DNA from: Eledone cirrhosa
Lineage: Eukaryota
Assembly (NCBI GenBank): GCA_964016885.1
Contig: OZ024740.1
Coordinates: forward strand, 273,544,001-273,608,000
Reading direction: 5' to 3'
Length of the DNA: 64,000 nucleotides
The position numbers and the translations under genes were made by a program. Of this stretch, positions 15,177 through 27,008 are shown piece by piece; the first letter of the stretch is position 1; each line of letters starts with the position of its first letter. The notes under the pieces were generated by a model, which searched no databases, had not been told where the DNA came from, and worked only from the letters and a program-made list of their open reading frames with translations.

Positions 15177-15180
<4 letters not shown>
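14336..15180 (+). mobile_element. PLE-like element with about 225-bp direct terminal repeats (14336-14558 / 14952-15180), flanked by (TA)n
   Basis: Near-identical direct repeats; decayed HHR-like pieces (ctgatgaggacaaacttg/tttc...atgta). Confidence 0.7.
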
Positions 15181-15215
<35 letters not shown>

Positions 15216-16284
15216 AATATGTATATATATAAATATATATATATAAATGATCTCTTTGAGTCTAAACTCTAAGCTATTTATTTATTTATATATATATATA
15301 TACACACGCTTACACACATATACTTATTTATTTTTTTCTTCATGTATATATATATTCATAAATATGGGGAACATTTTTCATAAATGGGTGGGAGGAGAAT
15401 AATGAAGCAGAGAATAAGTTAAAGATATTGAAATATAGAAGAAAAATCTAATGATTTGAAAAGAATGAGCTATGAGTGCAGTCTTAAAATAGAGTTACTG
15501 AAACATATTTAAACTATAGGAAACAACATCGAAAAAATGGATTGGAGGAACATTCAGAGAGAAGGAATACAAATAAGAAATGAAATAACAAAGAACGATA
15601 AAAATGAGAATATATCAAGAGAATGAATAAAGAAGAGAAGAAATGTACGAGAAAGCGGGAAAGGGAAATAAAATAGTATATTTGAAAACGTGGAGTGAAT
15701 AAGAGAAGAAATATGATAGAGTAGAAGAAAATTAATGAAAATTAAAATGATAGAATGAAATGAACGACAATGAAATAGAAAAAAATAGAAAATTAAAATA
15801 CTGAAAGTAATACAGAGAAGGGATTGAAAATGATAAAAAATATAAAATGATTGATGAAACTGAAAAGAGAAGGTGGGAATAGAAAAGTGTAAATAAAAGA
15901 AAAGGGAGATAATATAAAGGAATGAAGGAAAATAATAGTCGGTAAGAAAAGTTTAAAATGTTAATGGAAATGGACGAGAGATGAATGAACTGGAGACGTA
16001 AGTAGATGTTAGAAGAAAAAGAAGTAAAATGTTACATGAATTTAGGTATGAATGATACAAATGAAGAATGAAACTTAAATGGAAAGACACAAGAAGAAAA
16101 TATGATATTAAAAGAAATGAATGAAATATTGGATAGTAGATATACAGGTGAAAATACAAACGTTGAAACTGTAAAAGAGAGGACGAAGGAAAGAAATATT
16201 ACGGCAAAGAAAGTCGGAAGTGTTACATAAAAGAAAAGGAACAGGAATAAAATGAAGTAAAAATAAAGGATCATTGAAATATAC

Positions 16285-16325
<41 letters not shown>

Positions 16326-16469
16326 TATGTCGTATATCAGCAGGACGATGACAGTATTTAAGTCACGAGAAAAGAATAATTTCTAGTATTTGTTTCTGAT
16401 ACTTTATCTCGGAATTCAAACCTCTCCTAGGCCAGCTTTACTTGTTATCCTTTCATGGTCGACAAGGCG

Positions 16470-16880
16470 CAGTCATCTTTCCCAGCTCGAACCAGCAGGG
16501 CTGGATCGAAGGGATGGCAAAAGGACAGACGACATGACAATCTTCCCGTTTCGCGGGGGTAGGCCTCTCATGTGGGATGTCACATGCCGTTACACCTATT
16601 CAAGTGGCAAAACGGGCGTTCAGCTACCAGCCCAAGCCTTGCTGCCCGCCAAACCGAAGAGGGAAAACTGTCCAAGTATCGACCGTTCTCGGATAGGTTT
16701 ATGATAGAGCCTGTAACAGTAGAGACGTCCGGCGTTCTTGGCCCCCGATCACATATCTAGTTGTTGCTATCAGAGTGGTGCTGGCCGCCCGCAGGTGCGT
16801 GCTCCTCGTTGTAAAGTGGCTCTTCTAGCGCATCTCCCTCCCCGTACCCTGTGGAAATGCGTTCTCCATCCTGTCGGCCG
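16470..16880 (+). pseudogene. CRE-like non-LTR retrotransposon 3' fragment (restriction-like endonuclease domain)
   Basis: LEPAGLDRRDGKRTDDMTIFPFRGGRPLMWDVTC ... EEGKLSKY ... PVTVETSGVLGP ... WLF*RISL..CGNA; frameshifted. Confidence 0.8.
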
Positions 16881-17229
16881 GTACCCAGAGATGGGGGGGG
16901 GGAGTAAATCTTTTGGTAGTGGACAATACTATTTCGGACGCCAATTTCACCCATGAATTGTGTGCATTTTTGCACCATTCATTTCATATAATAAATCGCA
17001 AGTAAACTTACGTTCCTATACAAATAAGTTCCGGTTAAATAACAGTGTATTGACAGGATTCTTAAAACGTCAGCAGATATAAAGAGCAAAGTGTCAAAGC
17101 AGAATAAATTTCACATTAAACTTCCCTGTTCTAATGTACATTTAAAACTGCTCTCTTCAGAAATTAATACTGAAATATATGCAAATAACAAACAAATAGT
17201 TTATCGCTCTAAATGGCTGAATACAATAA

Positions 17230-17478
17230 ATGTAATCTGAGATTTTCGAATGTTAATAATAATAATAGATTCGTTTGCAGTTATGTAAACAGCCTCTTTA
17301 AAGCCATGTCAGTAGAATGACACTGTCATTCTTGCTCTTTTGTTAGCATCTGTTTACATGCCGACACAAGAGCAAGAATGACGGTGTTATTCTACTGACA
17401 TGGCTTAAAAAAGGCTGTTTGTATAATTGCAAACGACTCGAATATTATTATTAATATTCGATAAACTCAGATTACATT
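17230..17478. repeat. Diverged long hairpin (about 120-bp arms, short loop)
   Basis: aatgtaatctgag...gccatgtcagtagaat...gtcattcttgctct versus agagcaagaatgac...attctactgacatggc...ctcagattacatt. Confidence 0.8.
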
Positions 17479-17621
17479 GAAACATATGCATATTTCAACC
17501 AAGTAATTCAATTCAACGACAATGTCTGAACGGTGTAAGTCAACATGCTAGAAATACCATTTAAATCTTCCTGTTTAGTTTCTTAAGAGGAATCCCTATT
17601 ATATTTGCTTATTCACAGTAA

Positions 17622-17722
17622 TAATTGTTTCTACTTTTGGCACAAGTTCAGCAATTAACCAGTGCATTACTGGTACTTTATTTTATCGGCCCCGTAAGGA
17701 TGAAAAGCAAAGTTAACCTCGG
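17622..17722 (-). mobile_element. SINE family A, 3' half
   Basis: taattgtttctacttttggcacaag...ggtactttattttatc...ggatgaaaagcaaagttaacctcgg. Confidence 0.8.
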
Positions 17723-18439
17723 TTGGCAGCTATTGCACTTACATCCCAATTGAAAAATTGTATATAATAGTATTTATATGTCAAATAATGAAAACATTCA
17801 GATCACATATATGGATATGGATGTTAATTGATTTCACCCGTATAGTATCACATTTTAATTATAAATTTATTCGTTTATGATAAATGTTTTAGTTGGAAAA
17901 TATTCTGCCTAACTTTTTCTTGTCTAATTTGACCCGAATAAAATATTTACGATTCAGTCATTTCCGTTTTAAGTGATTTTCTTTCTTTGTTTCGGTTTCA
18001 GTCTAAGACTTTAGAAACATTGAATATGTTCAATCTCTTATTTTCGACATCCTCAGACGTAGAAATTGTTCTCTTGACTCTCCTCGATTGTAAGAGAAAT
18101 ACAATTGCTGACAGAGAATAACTGCAATATCTTAACGGTTTACACTTAGGATCTTTTTTCACCACACATTGTGAGTGTACATCGATTTGAGATGTGAATA
18201 ATAGATCCGCTTAATCGCAGTCTTCTTCATTGAGACCAGTAACACATATTTTGAACCCATTATAAATTGTTATTAACAGATGGCTGAGGCGCTTTTAATT
18301 TCACAACAATCATTTTGATTGGTCCATCCATTTTTGGATACAAGGGAGAGAAGCTATTTCATATTCGCTTATTTAGTTGTAATAATTAATATATCTCAAA
18401 TGCAAAACAGTGTTACATCTATTTAAGAGTATTTTTTTT

Positions 18440-18780
18440 TTTTCATCTTAAGTAGTTTTATGTCTTCTCTGGTTATCTACATTTCCTTCTTCCCACTGGC
18501 GGTCCACGTGCTATTGCAGTCTTGGATATACGTTGTGATGGCATTTTGAATGCATGTCCTCGAAGTCTCATTCTTCCCGTTGCCACAATTAACTACAGAT
18601 TAAGCGACATATTCCTTCTCAGAAATTTCAGAAAGATTATCTTATATAAAACTACTCATAATCTTGCTAACGGCAATCTATGCCGGGGAAACTTTCACGA
18701 TATGTTCTATAACTATCTAAAGATTTAATGCATTCCATAAACGGTGTTGGCACGGACATTTTGAGATCATATAGATAGAG
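18440..18780 (-). pseudogene. RTE-clade LINE 3' fragment
   Basis: Minus strand RMRLRGHAFKMPSQRISKTAIARGPPVGRRKCR*PEKT matches the RTE C-terminal pattern. Confidence 0.6.
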
Positions 18781-18879
18781 GGCGGTTCTAAAACACACAT
18801 TCACATACACAAACACAAACACACACACACACACACACGCGCGCAAGCGCGCACACAAAAATACTCACACGTATATATT

Positions 18880-18968
<89 letters not shown>

Positions 18969-18972
18969 TTAT

Positions 18973-19049
<77 letters not shown>

Positions 19050-19053
19050 GAAA

Positions 19054-19644
19054 AGGCGGTTTGTATAATAATATATTTTTATTTTATCATTCTGTCTGCT
19101 TCTTGGTTAAATATTTCAAACAAATGTGGTTTTTCAACCCTTGTAATTTTAGATACACGGTTTACTGTGTTTCTTACTATATATTATTAATCGGCTGAGT
19201 ATTTTTATACTTGGAGCTTAATAGTTACAGGGTTCCAATTGAGTTTTAACTCTAATTTTCATATATATTTCTGCTCCCTCACAAGTTGAGCTTATTAAGT
19301 TGTGTGCGTTGGACTGTTATTACTATTCAATACACGCTTACCACGTTTGACTAGCGGAGCACGAGGTGACAAATTCATCTTTCTGTATGAACGTTGGCAA
19401 ATAGTGTTTGTTGCATTTAATCAGATTCTCTCGCTGATGATGCCAAGGATTATCTGTTACAAACACACTCAGGGGGAAACAGATTAGGAATAATCTGTCC
19501 GAGAGATATAATGGTTATTGAGGCGGTTTGTATAATAATATATTTTTATTTTATCATTCTGTCTGCTTCTTGGTTAAATATTTCAACCAAATGTGGTTTT
19601 TCAACCCTTGTAATTTTAGATACACGGTTTACTGTGTTTCTTAC

Positions 19645-19653
<9 letters not shown>
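19054..19653 (+). mobile_element. Retrozyme-like element: about 130-bp direct repeats (467-bp period) in (TA)n with an internal HHR
   Basis: aggcggtttgtataat...cttactatatatta at 19054 and 19521; no ORF. Confidence 0.8.
19427..19506 (+). ncRNA. Type I hammerhead ribozyme, canonical core, GUC site
   Basis: tctctcg-CTGATGA-tgcc...gggg-GAAA-cagatta-ggaa-taatctg-TC^cgagaga; 7-bp stem I, 8-bp stem III, weak stem II. Confidence 0.8.
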
Positions 19654-19724
<71 letters not shown>

Positions 19725-20259
19725 GATGGATGCACCCTCGTTATCGAGTATTATCGCCATTGCACGATATACCATTATTAATAATTATTAATTATTTCGA
19801 TCGTGCAATGCCTGTGTGTCAAGTTATTTTTTAAAGTGAGGAAAGACTGTGCACTGAGCCAATCCCACTCTCTGAGCGACAGTAGCTATAACCAGAAAAG
19901 AAGAAAAGATCAACACCATCGGTAACTCTGAGCTGCAGGTTTTATATCGGAGTTATCCCAGTTTCCTGAGTTGCCTTCTCCTAGAAAGTCTTCTGAGAAA
20001 GTCTAGGTGTCCTTCACTCTCAGTGGTTTAACGGCGCAGTACATGTGTATATACATATTTACACACTTTCGGATGGCCGTTGACCCTGCAGGGTATCCAA
20101 AATCACCCTCCTCACCAAATATACTTGGTGGGGTTGCCGGTTTAGTCGCGACGACGGGACACGCGACAGGTTGTACTGGGTTACATGTTACCAGTAGCAC
20201 TCAAGAGTGACCTGACATATGTATATATATATATATACATACACTCTTACATACATAGG

Positions 20260-20290
<31 letters not shown>

Positions 20291-20471
20291 ATATATAGAA
20301 TTAATACATCTACCAGCATATGCGTACAGATGTACACTAATGCTAGTAAATATATAAGTTATGTCAAAGTACCTAGGTGGTTCAATGCAGGGGGATGCAG
20401 AACAATTATATGAAAGACGTAAAATAAGAAAATTTTAAAAATTAAAAATTAACTTACTTACTAATATTTTC

Positions 20472-20558
20472 ACTCCAACTAATTAGTTTCTTTTATGGGA
20501 TAAATATAACTAAATGGGACAATGTAACTATCGAGAATTCATTACGTCATCAGGGAGT
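20472..20558 (-). ncRNA. Hammerhead ribozyme (inverted copy)
   Basis: Reverse complement of the 20772-20853 motif, CTGATGA core intact, stem II partly decayed. Confidence 0.65.
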
Positions 20559-20771
20559 CTATTCTCAACTAAGTTTCCAGGCAATGCGCGGACACTAGGA
20601 ACCCATATAAAATAATAATTCAGTGGATGTAATAAGCTAGCGGGGACTAAATTCCATAGCACTGAAAAAGTTCACTGCTTCTGGTCAGCTAGCTTATTAC
20701 ATACACTGAATTATTATTTTTATATGGGTTCCTAGTGTCCGCGCATTGCCTGGGAACTTAGCTGAGAATAG

Positions 20772-20853
20772 ACTCCCTGATGACGTAATGAATTCTTGAT
20801 AGTTACATTGCGTAACTATATTTATCCCATTACAGAAACTAATTAGTTGGAGT
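20772..20853 (+). ncRNA. Type I hammerhead ribozyme
   Basis: actcc-CTGATGA-cgtaatg...cattaca-GAAAC-taatta-GTT^ggagt; stem I actcc/ggagt; palindromic stem III AACTAATTAGTT. Confidence 0.82.
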
Positions 20854-21306
20854 GAAAATTTTAGTAAGTAAGTTAACTTTCAATTTTTAAAATTTTCTTA
20901 TTTTACGTTTTTCATATAATTCTTCTGCATCCCCCTGCATTGAACCACCTAGGTACTTTGACATAACTTATATATTTACTAGCATTAGTGTACATCTGTA
21001 CGCATATGTTGGTAGATGTATTAATTCTCCATATTTATCTTCAAATTATTTGTTGAGCAAACTTGCCAAATCTACTGCTAATTCATAGTAGTAGTAGTAG
21101 GCTCTAGTCATAATACCACCCCACTCCTAACTGACTAACCTCAGTATCACGTGATTGATTCTTTAGAATCTACCACTGACCAGAAGCAGTGAACTTTTTC
21201 AGTGCTATGGAATTTAGTCCCCGCTAGCTTATTACATCCACTGAATTATTATTTTTATATGGGTTCCTAGTGTACGCGCATAGCCTGGGAACATAGCTGA
21301 GAATAG

Positions 21307-21388
21307 ACTCCTTGATGACGTAATGAATTCTCGATAGTTACATTGTGTAACTATATTTATCCCATTACAGAAACTAATTAGTTGGAGT
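21307..21388 (+). ncRNA. Hammerhead ribozyme, tandem copy with C3U change
   Basis: actcc-TTGATGA...GAAACtaattaGTT^ggagt. Confidence 0.65.
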
Positions 21389-21444
21389 GAAAATTTTAGT
21401 AAGTAAGTTAATTTTTAATTTTTAAAATTTTCTTATTTTACGTC

Positions 21445-21483
<39 letters not shown>

Positions 21484-21606
21484 GGTAAATATTGATGCAA
21501 TTCAATTCAAGCACTCAACGTTCTTTTTCCACATAGAAGTGACGGAGTAAATATCGAATAAGGAAAAGCGAAGTAGTGTCAGATGTTCAAGTCCTTTAAT
21601 AATAAT

Positions 21607-21680
21607 GCTGTGATATATATTTCAATGACGACACTGGCCACACTGTTCTGTGTGCGAGTGTCGTGTCATCATCAGACAGC
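21607..21680 (-). ncRNA. Type I hammerhead ribozyme, AUC site
   Basis: gctgt-CTGATGA-tgacacgacac...gtgtcgtcatt-GAAA-tatata-TC^acagc. Confidence 0.8.
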
Positions 21681-22138
21681 TTGTTACATAATAAGGTTAT
21701 GTTTCCGAGGCAATCCAAATTAAATCGACATGGGAACGGAATAAGTTCATGCTTTTGGGTTTTTCATCCGTTCCCTTGTGAGTATCAATTAACTCCCACC
21801 GGTCTGCGCAAGCGCATGTCCGAAGGAAATTGACCATTAGCCACCGCATATTTCAACGAAATTCGCTTAGTCAGTTCACCCTCTCAGCCAAACAATGGCC
21901 CACCTATGCCCCACCAAAGTTTACTGCTACCCATTACGACTGTGGCAGTCAGCCAAAAGCCAGAGGGGATGGGAGGGTGTTAGTTTTATAGGTCATAATA
22001 CTACCTCTCACTAAGCGTTGACAGTAGGACTGACCATCAACTCATAAGGTAAAATAAACTTAATTCTAAGTATCATGTATTTACATTGTAAGTTAAGAGC
22101 GAGAGTTGGAAATAAAAATTAACCTTATCATGTAACAA

Positions 22139-22212
22139 GCTGTCTGATGATGACACGACACTCGCACACAGAACAGTGTGGCCGGTGTCGTCATTGAAAT
22201 ATATATCACACC
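22139..22212 (+). ncRNA. Hammerhead ribozyme (partner arm)
   Basis: Same motif with one stem I mismatch (acacc). Confidence 0.75.
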
Positions 22213-22258
22213 ATTATTATTAAAGGACTTGAACATCTGAAACTCCTTCGCTTTTCCT

Positions 22259-22334
<76 letters not shown>

Positions 22335-22544
22335 AAAGAGAAAACACAGGTAAGCATTAAAAAAAGGATTTTATCTAGGTATTTACGACCGTTTCATTGG
22401 TAAGTGCAAACTTATATCACTATACTGCAAATAGCAGCCACTCAATAATAACCGTACGTTGAAACCGTCCATGAAACTGGCTATCTTAACCACGAACTGG
22501 ATGACAATAACCAATTTTCTGCTTCCCTATATATATATATATAT

Positions 22545-23865
22545 ATTTATTAAAATAACAGATTAAAGTTTAAGCAAAGAATCGCTGCTTTCACCCATAA
22601 CGGGATCTTCTGAAACTAAAAAAGTCAATCTGTGAACGCAGAAGTGAATATTTAAAAAACCGTTGCAACCGAGGGAAGACAGGAAGACGATACTTTGATT
22701 CGTGGAAACATTCCCTGGCAAAGAACGGAAAAAAACGAAGTAAATACGTCATTATTTGGAGCGGTGAAAACAATTACACGCAAAGACAAAACCACTAAGG
22801 AACTATACGCGGATATTTTACGTCTTGGTGTGGTAGCTAGGTATTTGTTATGTTTATACCATTACTTATTTGTATAGGTAAGTATATATTACCTGTATGT
22901 TTTGTAAAGGTACGTGCACTTTCTCGTACGTATATTTGCCTGTATATGTCATGGCGTATATATTATATATTCTGGTACCTGTGCGTTTGGTTATGTGTAT
23001 ATGTGTATTTGCGTCTGTGCGAGTACGTATGTAGGGTGTGTGTATATGTGTGCTTTGTGTTTTCGTCGACGTACGCCTGCGGACATAAGTGTATTTACAT
23101 GTAGGTATGTGTGTGAGCGCGTTATATACGTTTATTTAATTATATGTATACACGCACACACACACAGACACATACACATATATATACATTTTTATGTGTA
23201 TTTGGTGTATAAGTTCGAATGTGTGCGGGTACATGCGTTGCGTGGGTTCTGTATGTTCGTGCGGCTTTTTTTGTGTATGTGCTTGTATTTGTACACCTAT
23301 GGCGTGTGTTTTCGCGTATGCTTGTGTATGTGCGTATATGGATGCGTGTATGTATTTATTTAATTTCAATTACCTCTGTATTTTATTTACTTTATTCTTA
23401 ACTCTGAAGTCGAGAATCATTCGGTTTCCTAGTTAGAATTGTAGTCTACGACTTCAGTTATACCATTTACGTGGTTTTGTCTTTGCGTGCAATTGTTCTC
23501 CCCGCTCCACATAATGACGTATTGTCTTCGCTTTTTCCGTTCATTGCCAGAGAACGTCTCCTTGAACCACCTAATAGAATATTAGTCTACGACTTCGTTT
23601 ATACCATAAACGTGGTTTTGTCTTTGCGTGTAATTATTTTCACCGCTCCAAATAATGATGTATTATATTCGTTTTTCCCCGTTCTTTGCTAGGGAACGTT
23701 TCTACGAACCAAACTATTATCTTCCTGTCTTCCTCTGGTTGCAACGGTTTTTGAAATATTTACTTACGCGTTTACAGATTGACTTTTTTAGTTTCAGAAG
23801 ATCCCGTTATGGATGAAAGCAGCAAATCTTTGCTTAAACTTTAATCTGTTATTTTAATAAATATT
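22545..23865. mobile_element. Inverted-repeat element (arms about 22545-22795 / 23611-23865) with internal about 140-bp tandem duplication and HHR-like motifs
   Basis: agttt-CAGAAGA-tcccgttatgg(g/a)t-GAAAgca...tgcTT^aaact at 23790-23840 (+) and 22567-22617 (-). Confidence 0.78.
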
Positions 23866-23966
23866 TGCTCTATGGTTCTTAAATATTTGATATATATTTA
23901 TCCTTATCGATCCCTCTTTGGATTTTAGTCTTCAAATGTATTATTATTATTGCTATATATTATAAT

Positions 23967-24160
23967 AAGGCGGTGGATTGGCAGTATCGGTAGAGGGTCG
24001 GACGCCAGGATTTCCAGCATAGTTACGTCCCTTTACGATCTGAGTATTCAAATCCTGCCGAGGTTGACTTTGCCTTTCATTCTTACGGGGTCGATAACAT
24101 AAAGTACCAGTAATACACTGGTAATTTGCTGACCTTGTGCCTAAAGTAGAAACAATTATT
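23967..24160 (+). mobile_element. SINE family A, full length
   Basis: A/B boxes, core and tail. Confidence 0.85.
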
Positions 24161-24162
24161 AC

Positions 24163-24229
<67 letters not shown>

Positions 24230-24621
24230 GGAGATAAATAGATAGATAGATGGATATGTGGTGTGAACAGTTTGAATAAATTAAGTACATTATTGTGTCG
24301 ATTATTTCAAAACAACGTAAGTGAAAGCGCAAATATTATATTGTACAAGCGTAACTACGGGAATGTTTAGAGTGAATACATTGTAAAAGTATTAATTACT
24401 TCATTTTCACTATAATATTATAATTGCTGATATTTGTTGACACTGTAAAGTGTTGGTGTTGAATTTAATTAAATATATCTCTGCTACTAGAAAACAAATC
24501 AACTAGTTTCTAGTATTTACATTCGTAATTAAGAATTTACTTTGTGAAACGTAAATTTTGCCCTACAGTTAGCCTTATGCCATTACAATGTATGGATTCA
24601 TAATTGAAGGAGCGATACACA

Positions 24622-24682
<61 letters not shown>

Positions 24683-24686
24683 ACTA

Positions 24687-24719
<33 letters not shown>

Positions 24720-24762
24720 AAACTACTAGTACTACTCCAACTACTACTAGTGCTGCTGGTGG

Positions 24763-24807
<45 letters not shown>

Positions 24808-24812
24808 AACAA
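24622..24812. repeat. Compound (CTA)n/(CTG)n microsatellite
   Basis: Direct reading. Confidence 0.95.
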
Positions 24813-24854
24813 CAAATAACGATAATAATAACAATAAGTTTTGAAATGTTATGG

Positions 24855-25245
24855 TAACAATAATTATAATTCTTTCTTTATTAATCAAAATGCCGAAATA
24901 TTTAGATCAGCGGGGATTTGCGAAAAGTATAAAACACGTAAAGAAATAAAACTCATCACAAAACAGAATACACATTTGCCAATAGGGGGGGGGGGTGACA
25001 CTCAGGTGGACGCAGGATCACCACAGAACCCAAACCACAATAATCTCCAAGAACACCATAAGAACTTTCATCTCGAAACTCTCCAGCCTTCACGCGTATC
25101 TTCAGAGTAAGCCCATTCATCATCACTCATCACTCGTCGACTACTGTCGAGATGATGGATCTCACTCTCATGCCCCAGAATTCCCTGTCCCCCATCGCTA
25201 CCCCCAGGTCCTGTCTACTGATTCCCGTATACCTAGAGATAACGT
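24855..25245 (-). mobile_element. 3' fragment of a Tx1-like LINE related to the 41-53 kb elements
   Basis: Minus strand gaatgggcttactctg...ggctgg, poly-C tract, ttaataaagaaagaattataattatt resemble the 3' ends at 46760-47027 and 52620-52930. Confidence 0.6.
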
Positions 25246-25249
25246 CAGG

Positions 25250-25475
25250 GAATGACAGCTGCCTACTCCTAGAGGAGATTGGATGGCATATATACCCGCC
25301 TCTTAATGAGAGTGCAAAAGCTATCCTGGAAACGACATCCCACCTTGTCTAAAATCTATGGCAAACTCCCTCGAGCCTCTGCCCTTCTAAAATCCCGGAG
25401 AGCTCAATTTGCTGGCCACTGTCACCGTGCCAGCAATGAAATCATATCCGCTCTCTTGCTCTGGAAGCCCATTCA
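25250..25475 (+). pseudogene. RTE-clade LINE C-terminal fragment
   Basis: LDGIYTRLLMRVQKLSWKRHPT...IYGKLP...RRAQFAGHCHR...LLLWKP. Confidence 0.75.
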
Positions 25476-25689
25476 CTGAGATCATCATCTCTACATTCAC
25501 CCACATTTTAACAAACGTACTCGAACCAGCACCTAATTCTCCACCCTCACCTCCTTTTCCAAGCGGAACTTGAAAAAGGTGATGAGAGCTTGGACGAAGA
25601 GGAAAGTTTCTGTCTTCACTCATTTCAGCTGCATCCATACTCCACCATCTTTGATATAGCCACCAGTCAGAGGAAAACTGCTTGCTCTC

Positions 25690-25815
25690 TCCTGCCAAAA
25701 GAAGGCAGCGGGGCAATTTTCTGTGAGTCGTGGCGTAGCCACGCTAGTGTTAAAAGACGAGAACAAGGAGGATATTATAAATAATTTTTGACCCATAAAT
25801 CTACTCAACACAGCG
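25690..25815 (+). pseudogene. Short Tx1-like RT fragment
   Basis: ttctgtgagtcgtggcgtag...aaagacgagaacaag...cccataaatctactcaacacag aligns with 50707-50801. Confidence 0.65.
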
Positions 25816-25829
25816 CTCTGCCATATGCC

Positions 25830-26130
25830 TAATCCAGTCGATTCCCAGCAAGTCAAATTTTGAGTGTTATTTTTCCTGTCAGAGAGAAATATTATAAATT
25901 AGTCTGTTTGACATCGGTCCAGAGAGTACTTCTTTCCAAGAGTATGAATTTTTAAGAGAACTGTGACGCTTCCAAAATGTATGGCTCTTGAAACGTGTTT
26001 TATATCTAGCATCAACCTCTTCAATGCTGCTTCCACGTGGGACTGAGGGGCCAGCCTCGGCTTTATTGACTTGGTGCCGATACATCAGTACGTTAGTGTC
26101 ATTTTTCTGTTGCAGACAACACTTCAGACG
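25830..26130 (-). pseudogene. Possible decayed Naiad-like GIY-YIG fragment
   Basis: NVLMYR...KTRFKSH...YSWK...YNISL*QEK spacing resembles the 53560-54070 protein. Confidence 0.3.
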
Positions 26131-26814
26131 GAAAACTTATGTTTGCCCATGTTATTTCCACTATTACAAGATTGGCTGCTTGAATGAAACATTCATCACA
26201 CCTGCTAAACTCTATATGTAAGAATGCCGTATTTATGTGCTTTTGTGGTTGTTGATGCCGTTGTTGTTGCTGCTACCGCAACCGCCTTTGTCGTAGTTGT
26301 TGTCGGTGCTACTTCTGTTGCAACTGCTACTTTAGTTGTTGTTTTGTTGTTGTTGTCTTCGTTGGCGTTTTTGCTGCTGCTGCTTTTCTTGTTGTCGTTG
26401 TTGTTGCTGCTGCTCTTGCTGTTATTGTTGTTATTGGTGGTGGTGTTGTGGACGGTCGCCTTGTTGGTGCTGTTTATGTTGTGGTGGTGACACTATTGTC
26501 AGCCTTAGAACTCCAGTCCGTGGCACTCTAACGTGACATGATTTTCTCGATGTTGGAGGTGGATGTCGCCGCCAAATTGCCAAAATATTGTAGGCATACA
26601 TTTTAATTTTAACGTTCGAATATGTGTTCCAAGGATTTAAATTTATGGGATCGCCATTCTTCAAGGCAAAGATTGATGAAATATGTCCATTTGTCCACCA
26701 AAATATATAACAAACAACGACTTAAATATGAGAAAATAACAAACTTTCGGGAGCTTACAACAACAACAAAACTACTAATAATAATAACATTATTATTATC
26801 AATAATGATAATAA

Positions 26815-27008
26815 TAATTGTTTCTACTTTTGGCACCAGGCCAGCAATTATCCCAGTGCATTACTGGTACTTTATTTTATCGACCCCGTAAGGATGAAAG
26901 GTAAAGTTAACCTCGGCGGGATTTGAACTCAGATCATAAAGGGAGGTAACTATATGCTTCAAAGCATGGCGCCCGACCCTCTACCGATACTGCCAATCCA
27001 CCGCCCTT
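26815..27008 (-). mobile_element. SINE family A, full length
   Basis: Reverse complement of 23967-24160 type. Confidence 0.88.

Larger units (their letters stand above)
20297..21450. mobile_element. Retrozyme-like element: inverted copy (20297-20688) plus about 1.4 tandem copies of a 535-bp unit; three HHRs; (TA)n both sides
   Basis: Direct reading of inverted and direct repeats. Confidence 0.88.
21482..22264. mobile_element. 5'-truncated PLE-like insertion with inverted pLTR (arms 21556-21699 / 22119-22264)
   Basis: About 145-bp inverted arms each with an HHR; spacer begins VSEAIQIK, resembling a GIY-YIG C-terminus. Confidence 0.8.

Noticed and set aside
15380-16290. 900-bp purine-rich tract as coding or promoter sequence
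   Set aside because: Low-complexity GA/AAT-rich decay with no ORF on the purine strand
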